A stretch of DNA of 64,000 bases from Polyangiales bacterium (GTDB taxonomy: Bacteria > Myxococcota_A > Polyangia > Polyangiales > Polyangiaceae): positions 146,749 through 210,748 of the forward strand of contig JBBRLQ010000016.1 of NCBI GenBank assembly GCA_038231275.1, read 5' to 3'. Within the stretch, counting starts at the first letter, position 1; each line of letters begins with the position of its first letter. The notes under the pieces are model-generated. The model saw only the letters and a program-made list of their open reading frames with translations, was not told the origin of the DNA and ran no database searches. Shown here piece by piece: positions 59,801 through 64,000 of the stretch. The translations under genes and the position numbers were made by a program.

Positions 59801-60016
59801 CTTTTCCCGATCATGCTGAGCCACGGCGCGGGCGCCGACGTGATGAAGCGCATCGCCGCGCCGATGGTCGGCGGGGTCCTCACGTCGTTCGTGCTCGAGC
59901 TGCTCATCTACCCAGTGATTTTTACCTTGTGGAAGGGCCGGCGAGGCTTCGAGCCTGCTCCCCTGCGCGCGGCGGAGGTCTCCGGCGGCGAACCGATCGC
60001 GGACGGCGTAACTTGA
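56846..60016 (+). CDS. cusA: CusA/SilA-type Cu(I)/Ag(I) RND permease
   Basis: DAIPDLSDVQVI, GPDATGVGW, AIGAMIDA; Met-triad contexts LYMP, PEMFE, WTMPI. Confidence 0.93.
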   Translation: MIERLIGWSGRNAFLVVLFMVAIVGGGFWAIRKTPIDAIPDLSDVQVIIMTDWEGRSPPLVEDQVTYPIVTALMSAPGVKVVRGFSYFDVSFVYVIFEDGTDLYWARSRVLEYLSGLQGRLPEGVRPQLGPDATGVGWGFQYALVDKTGKHDLAQLRSLNDWHVQYLLRSVPGVAEVAPYGGFVKQYQIEIDPNALAAYGIPIDTVASAVRKSNNDVGGRVVEWTGREYMVRGRGYIENVADLEQVALGARPDGTPILVRDVARVHLGPEIRRGVADLNGEGDVAAGIVVIRQGVDTYSVLQSIKKEIKEKIQPSLPPGVELVTTYDRSGLIERSIETLKEKLVEEVLIVSFVCIVFLWHLRSALVAILTLPLSILLAFVAMHALGLGSNIMSLGGIAIAIGAMIDASIIMIENAHQNIEHDTTGRPRRDLVIEAAQQVGRPLFFSLLIIAVSFLPIFSLEGQEGRLFRPLAFTKTFAMGFAALTSVLIVPFLMVAFIRGKIPKEERNPINRFLMWAYHPFVRFVLRHRALTLIAAAALMVGTVPVFMKLGSEFMPPLYEGTVLYMPITLPGASIETARQALQTLDKLVKQVPEVASVSGKAGRALTATDPAPPEMFEVVINLKPESQWRPGMTIEKLQTELDRVVRMPGIANAWTMPIKGRVDMLSTGIRTAVGIKVFGPDLGHINDIGAQIEAALGAVPGSRNVFAERVTGGYYLDFKVKRDQIARYALNVADVEMAIESAIGGANVTTTFEGRERYPVNVRYQRVYRTDIEAIRRTLISTPGGAQIPIEQVADIAATTGPTVLRTEQAQLLGYVYVDVGDRDLGGYVKDAKAAVAKGVKLPPGYTLEWSGQYEYMQRATERLKIVIPVTLALVVVLLFLSTRNAMKVGIVLLAVPFSLVGAFWLLWILHYNMSVAVWVGIIALAGVDAETGVVMLLYLDQAYERFKAEGRMRSLVDLRAAVEEGAVKRIRPKMMTVMAILTGLFPIMLSHGAGADVMKRIAAPMVGGVLTSFVLELLIYPVIFTLWKGRRGFEPAPLRAAEVSGGEPIADGVT

Positions 60017-60083
60017 GGACCCAGGTACGTCGGGACCTGCTACTTCGCGAAGCCCCCCGACTCTCCTCCGGCCAAGATGGAAC

Positions 60084-60680
60084 TCACTCGGAGCTCGCCT
60101 TCGCTGCGTCGCCGACGCACGTGCAGTCGGCGCATCCCGCCGCCGCGCACGCGCCGCACGTGGCGACGACGCCGCGCCGCAGCGCCTCGCGCGCCCGGAA
60201 GACGCGAACCGCGGCGTTGGAGCTCGAGATCCCGCGCTCCACGGCGAAGTCTCGGACCGCTGCTCCGTCCACCTCGATCCGCTGCAGTGCCTCGGCGTAC
60301 TCGGGCTTGAGCGATTCCGCGAGCTGCGAGACGCACGGGCAGACGCGGGGCGCAGCGTGCTCGTGAGCGTCGTCGGCGGTTGCTGCCTCGGCCGCCCAGG
60401 CCGTCAGGGCGCGGTCGGCGGTGCCGAGTCGGCGATGGTGATCCACGACGGCGTTTCGCAGCGTCCGATAGAACCACGGCACGACGAGCTTCTCGTCGCG
60501 CACCTCGGCGACGCGCAGCAACGCGCGCTCGAAGGCCTCCCGCACGAGGTCCTCCGCGGTCGCGCGGTCCCGCACGCGGCGCCCCACAAACGCGACGAAC
60601 GCGGCCCGGTGCTGCGCCAACGCGTGGCTGAGTTCTGCCCGACGGGAGTCCGCCGATGGCGGTGGGGAGGGCTCGGCCAT
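60084..60680 (-). CDS. corE: CorE-like metal-responsive ECF sigma factor
   Basis: sigma2 WFYR.LRN; inter-domain CxC (VCPCV); sigma4; C-terminal Cys-rich domain TCGACAAAGCADCTC. Confidence 0.88.
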   Translation of the reverse strand: MAEPSPPPSADSRRAELSHALAQHRAAFVAFVGRRVRDRATAEDLVREAFERALLRVAEVRDEKLVVPWFYRTLRNAVVDHHRRLGTADRALTAWAAEAATADDAHEHAAPRVCPCVSQLAESLKPEYAEALQRIEVDGAAVRDFAVERGISSSNAAVRVFRAREALRRGVVATCGACAAAGCADCTCVGDAAKASSE

Positions 60681-60762
60681 CGCCCATTCATGCGGCGCCG
60701 CGGGAGGTTGGTCAACCGGGCCGGGCTCGCCGGCTCGCCGCAACGGCCCCCCACTCGGTCGG

Positions 60763-60788
60763 TGTAATGGATTCGCGTGCGCCACGTC
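60763..60788 (+). promoter_or_regulatory. ECF-type promoter upstream of copZ (probable CorE target)
   Basis: TGTAA-N17-CGTC. Confidence 0.55.
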
Positions 60789-60832
60789 ATCGAGTTGCGA
60801 GCGACGTTGATCCGCCGCCGCGGAGGTTGCCA

Positions 60833-61051
60833 ATGGAAGCAAAAGAGACACATTTGGTGATTGCAGGAATGACATGCGGCTCGTGCGTGGCGCACGTCAG
60901 GAAGGAGCTCCTGGCGGTCGAGGGGGTCCGAGGCGCCCAGGTCGAGCGAAGCGGTAGCGCCGTCATCGACCACGAAGTCTCCGTTCCGTCGAGCAGGCTG
61001 GTCGCGGCGGTCGTCGCCGCCGGGTACGCCGCCGCGGACACGCACAGATGA
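60833..61051 (+). CDS. copZ: HMA-domain copper chaperone
   Basis: GMTCGSC motif, C-terminal AGY; SD GGAGG. Confidence 0.88.
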   Translation: MEAKETHLVIAGMTCGSCVAHVRKELLAVEGVRGAQVERSGSAVIDHEVSVPSSRLVAAVVAAGYAAADTHR

Positions 61052-61138
61052 AGTCGCCCTCGATCCATACGGGACCGACGCCGCCGTCACGGTCAACGCG
61101 GGGCCTACGTGTCCGGCACGTGGATGCTCGACGTGAAC

Positions 61139-61215
61139 TGCGACAGATGCCGCAATGTCGCACTTAATTTAGCTGGACTACACGGCTCCAAGACGCGCAC
61201 GGCACGCTCGTTGCG
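61139..61215 (+). promoter_or_regulatory. palindromic enhancer-like site plus sigma54 promoter of copA
   Basis: TGCGACA-N10-TGTCGCA, AT-rich CTTAATTTA, then CGGCACGCTCGTTGCG (61200-61215). Confidence 0.6.
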
Positions 61216-61252
61216 GCGCGTAGCCATTGCATCACGAGGAAGGAAGAGCTCA

Positions 61253-63439
61253 ATGAATCACGCGAAGCACCTCCACGCCGTGGCCTCGCCCACGGCTCCG
61301 CCGACCGGATCCTCGGCAGCCAAGACGGAGTACGTCTGCCCGATGCACGCGCAAATCGTGCGGGACGGCCCTGGCGCATGCCCGATCTGCGGGATGGCGC
61401 TCGAGCCGCGCACGGTCACGGCCGACGAAGAGCCGAACAGCGAGCTCGTCGACATGCGGCGGCGGTTCCTCGTGTCGATCGGGCCCGCGGCGATCGTGTT
61501 CCTGATGGGGATGTCGGAGCTCCTCCCCGGAATGCCGCTTCACCATGCGCTCGGCGCGCGGGCGGTGGCGTGGATCGAGTTCGCGCTCGCGACGCCCGTC
61601 GTGGTCTGGGGCGCTGCGCCGTTCTTCTTGCGCGCATGGCGGTCGGTCGTCAGCCGCAGCCTGAACATGTTCACGCTCTTCGGCCTCGGAATCGGGGTCG
61701 CGTACGGTTACAGCGTCATCGCGCTCCTGGCGCCCGCGCTTTTCCCGCCCGCGTTCCGCGGCGAAGGCGGCGTAGTCGCCGTGTACTTCGAGGCGGCGGC
61801 CGTCATCGTCGCGCTCGTACTCCTCGGACAGGTGCTCGAGCTCGGCGCGCGTAGCGAGACGAACGCCGCGATCCGCGCGCTCCTCCACCTCGTGCCGAAG
61901 TCCGCGCGACGCATCGGCAAGGACGGCGTGGAAGAGGACGTGCCGGTCGACGCCGTAGCCGTGGGCGATCTCCTCCGAGTTCGTCCGGGCGAGAAGGTCC
62001 CCATCGACGGCGTCGTGACGGAGGGCACGAGCTCGATCGACGAGTCGATGGTGACAGGCGAGTCGATCCCCGTCGAGAAGGCTAAGGGGGACCGCCTCAT
62101 CGGCGCGACGATCAACGGCACCGGCTCGATGGTGATGCAGGCCGAACGAGTCGGCCAAGGCACGCTCCTCGCACAGATCGTTCGGATGGTCGGCGAGGCG
62201 CAGCGGAGCCGTGCGCCCATTCAGAAGCTCGCCGACGTCGTCGCCGGCTACTTCGTCCCCGCGGTGGTGCTCGCGGCGATCGCCACGTTCGTCGTGTGGG
62301 CGATCTTCGGACCGGAGCCGAGGATGGCGCATGGCGTCGTGAACGCGGTCGCGGTGCTCATCATCGCGTGCCCGTGCGCGCTCGGTCTCGCGACGCCGAT
62401 GTCGATCATGGTGGCGACCGGAAAGGGAGCAGGGGTCGGCGTGCTGTTCAAGAACGCCGAGGCGATCGAAGTCATGCGAAAGGTCGACACTCTCGTCGTG
62501 GACAAGACGGGCACGCTTACAGAGGGCAAACCGAAGCTCGCTTCTACTGCCATCGTGCCCGGTGGGGACGAGGCGTCGCTCCTCCGGTTGGCTGCCAGCC
62601 TGGAGCAAGGGAGCGAGCACCCGCTCGCCGCGGCCATCGTCTCGGGCGCCAAGGATCGCAAGGTCGCGCTGGGAGCAGTGAGCGACTTCGCCTCGATGAC
62701 GGGCAAAGGCGTGACAGGGGCGATCGATGGCCATCGCGTCGCGCTGGGGAACGCGAAGCTGATGGACGAGCTCCGCATCGCCGTCGGGGACTTGGGGGCG
62801 CGCGCCGAAGCGATGCGCGCCGACGGCGAGACGGTGATGTTCGTGGCTGTCGACGAGAAGATCGCGGGGCTCGTCGGCGTTGCTGATCCTATCAAGGCCA
62901 CGACCGCCGCTGCGATCCGCGAGCTTCACGAGCAAGGCATTCGCGTCGTCATGCTGACGGGCGACAGCAAGACCACGGCGTCTGCGGTCGCGAAGAAGCT
63001 CGGGATCGACGAGATCATCGCGGAAGTGCTCCCCAACCAGAAGGCCGAGACCGTGAAGCGGCTTCAGGCCGAAGGGCGCATCGTCGCCATGGCGGGCGAC
63101 GGCGTCAACGACGCTCCGGCGCTTGCCCAGGCGGAGGTCGGCATCGCCATGGGAACGGGCGCGGACGTGGCGATGAAGAGCGCCGGCGTGACGCTCGTGA
63201 AGGGGGACCTTCATGGCATCGCGCGTGCACGAAAGCTCAGTCAGGCCACGATCCGCAACATCAAGCAGGGGCTCTTCTTCGCGTTCGTCTACAACGTCCT
63301 CGGCGTGCCCGTCGCCGCCGGCGTGCTGTACCCGGCGCTGGGCATTCTGCTCAGCCCCATGCTCGCGGCGGCGGCGATGAGCTTGAGCTCGGTCTCGGTC
63401 ATTGGTAACGCGCTACGACTGCGGCGGATGGCGCTGTAG
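61253..63439 (+). CDS. copA: copper-translocating P1B-1 ATPase
   Basis: YVCPMH...CPICGM domain; TGES, CPC, DKTGT, SEHP, GDGVND, YN, MSLSS. Confidence 0.95.
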   Translation: MNHAKHLHAVASPTAPPTGSSAAKTEYVCPMHAQIVRDGPGACPICGMALEPRTVTADEEPNSELVDMRRRFLVSIGPAAIVFLMGMSELLPGMPLHHALGARAVAWIEFALATPVVVWGAAPFFLRAWRSVVSRSLNMFTLFGLGIGVAYGYSVIALLAPALFPPAFRGEGGVVAVYFEAAAVIVALVLLGQVLELGARSETNAAIRALLHLVPKSARRIGKDGVEEDVPVDAVAVGDLLRVRPGEKVPIDGVVTEGTSSIDESMVTGESIPVEKAKGDRLIGATINGTGSMVMQAERVGQGTLLAQIVRMVGEAQRSRAPIQKLADVVAGYFVPAVVLAAIATFVVWAIFGPEPRMAHGVVNAVAVLIIACPCALGLATPMSIMVATGKGAGVGVLFKNAEAIEVMRKVDTLVVDKTGTLTEGKPKLASTAIVPGGDEASLLRLAASLEQGSEHPLAAAIVSGAKDRKVALGAVSDFASMTGKGVTGAIDGHRVALGNAKLMDELRIAVGDLGARAEAMRADGETVMFVAVDEKIAGLVGVADPIKATTAAAIRELHEQGIRVVMLTGDSKTTASAVAKKLGIDEIIAEVLPNQKAETVKRLQAEGRIVAMAGDGVNDAPALAQAEVGIAMGTGADVAMKSAGVTLVKGDLHGIARARKLSQATIRNIKQGLFFAFVYNVLGVPVAAGVLYPALGILLSPMLAAAAMSLSSVSVIGNALRLRRMAL

Positions 63440-63714
63440 GGCCCCGAGACTCGATGCCGTGCACGATCTCGGCGAGGGCGAGAGGCCGGCCTCTTTGAGC
63501 TCGAATCGTTGCACCAAGTGTCGCTTCGCCGCCACCCCCCCAAGTCGATGACGATGACGGCCGCACCGCGCGATGTGCTGGCCCCTCGATGAGCGCGAGC
63601 GAGGTGTCGAGGTGCGCCGGCTCACCTCGGTGGGACTCATGGTTGGAGGTAGACCCGATCTCAGTGCTGCGTCCACCCCTGCTGTAGGGGAGCGCAACCG
63701 GCAGCGCCTCGGTC

Positions 63715-63743
63715 ACGTCCGATAAAGGGCGGTTATCGGAAGT
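63715..63743. other. dif/Xer-like tyrosine-recombinase site candidate
   Basis: ACGTCCGATAA-AGGGCGG-TTATCGGAAGT; arms match 10/11 as an inverted repeat. Confidence 0.5.
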
Positions 63744-63827
63744 GAGGGCGCATCCGACGGATTTGCTCGAGGAGCACTCCATCTCTTGACACGCGCTCGT
63801 TCACGGCCGGCGCTTGGGATGCCGTTG

Positions 63828-64000
63828 TCACCGCTCGGCGAAGACGTACTCGTGCTGCCCGTCGTGGGTCGCGAGCGTGCGCTTGGTCCCACTACCGGCA
63901 ACGAGCTCGAACTCCCACGCGACGCCTGGTGTCGTGGTGATGAACGAGGTCGACCCGTCCGGATTCCTTCGCGACGCGACCTCGCTCTTCCACTCCCCAA
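63828..64000 (-). CDS. C-terminus of a probable serine hydrolase/beta-lactamase-family protein (partial)
   Basis: GEWKSEVASRRNPDGSTSFIT...KRTL..HDGQHEYVFAER*; not in the ORF track; family assigned from memory. Confidence 0.55.
   Translation of the reverse strand, partial: GEWKSEVASRRNPDGSTSFITTTPGVAWEFELVAGSGTKRTLATHDGQHEYVFAER

Noticed and set aside
53876..63402. 17-bp direct repeat read as attL/attR of an element integrated in copA
   Set aside because: The geometry is reversed (fragment lies upstream of the intact gene), synonymous divergence follows the repeat, and there is no integrase. A paralog scar fits better.
63440..63714. Short ORFs downstream of copA
   Set aside because: No recognisable motif or consistent codon bias; probably degraded sequence.
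1..64000. Many long Arg/Ala/Pro-rich overlapping or antisense ORFs (e.g. 434-2464, 21267-23450, 31767-34457, 41089-43344, 46697-49066)
   Set aside because: Shadow ORFs expected in high-GC DNA; each overlaps a gene with clear family motifs.

Overview
High-GC (about 70% by eye) bacterial DNA with a myxobacterial (Myxococcota, probably Polyangiales-like) gene repertoire: PEGA/TPR proteins, Cys-rich lipoproteins, a Ser/Thr kinase, ECF sigma factors and many sigma54-type promoters. About 55 genes or gene remnants are supportable. I saw no rRNA, tRNA, CRISPR array, transposase or integrase. Metal homeostasis dominates: a Ni/Co-transporter-like gene and DUF1259 at the left edge, a czcCBA-type RND operon (20.0-25.7 kb), and a ~16 kb copper cluster (47.8-63.4 kb). 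The copper cluster holds a TolC plus multicopper oxidase, CusCBA-like efflux, a CorE-like Cys-rich ECF sigma, CopZ and CopA. It carries several gene scars and ends near a dif/Xer-like palindrome. The best candidate for an undescribed system is a two-gene cassette of His/Met-bearing YbjQ-like lipoproteins present twice in inverted orientation (29.8-30.9 kb and 52.6-53.7 kb). Each copy has a variant sigma54-like promoter and a small divergent exported protein, and one copy shares a 20-bp upstream motif with czcC. Other notable signals are a recurring near-leaderless sigma54 promoter geometry, a TetR triple operator upstream of a cytochrome P460-like gene lacking the cross-link Lys, and a collagen-like fibre with a compositionally distinct tip. 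Family calls come from motif recognition by eye, not from database searches.
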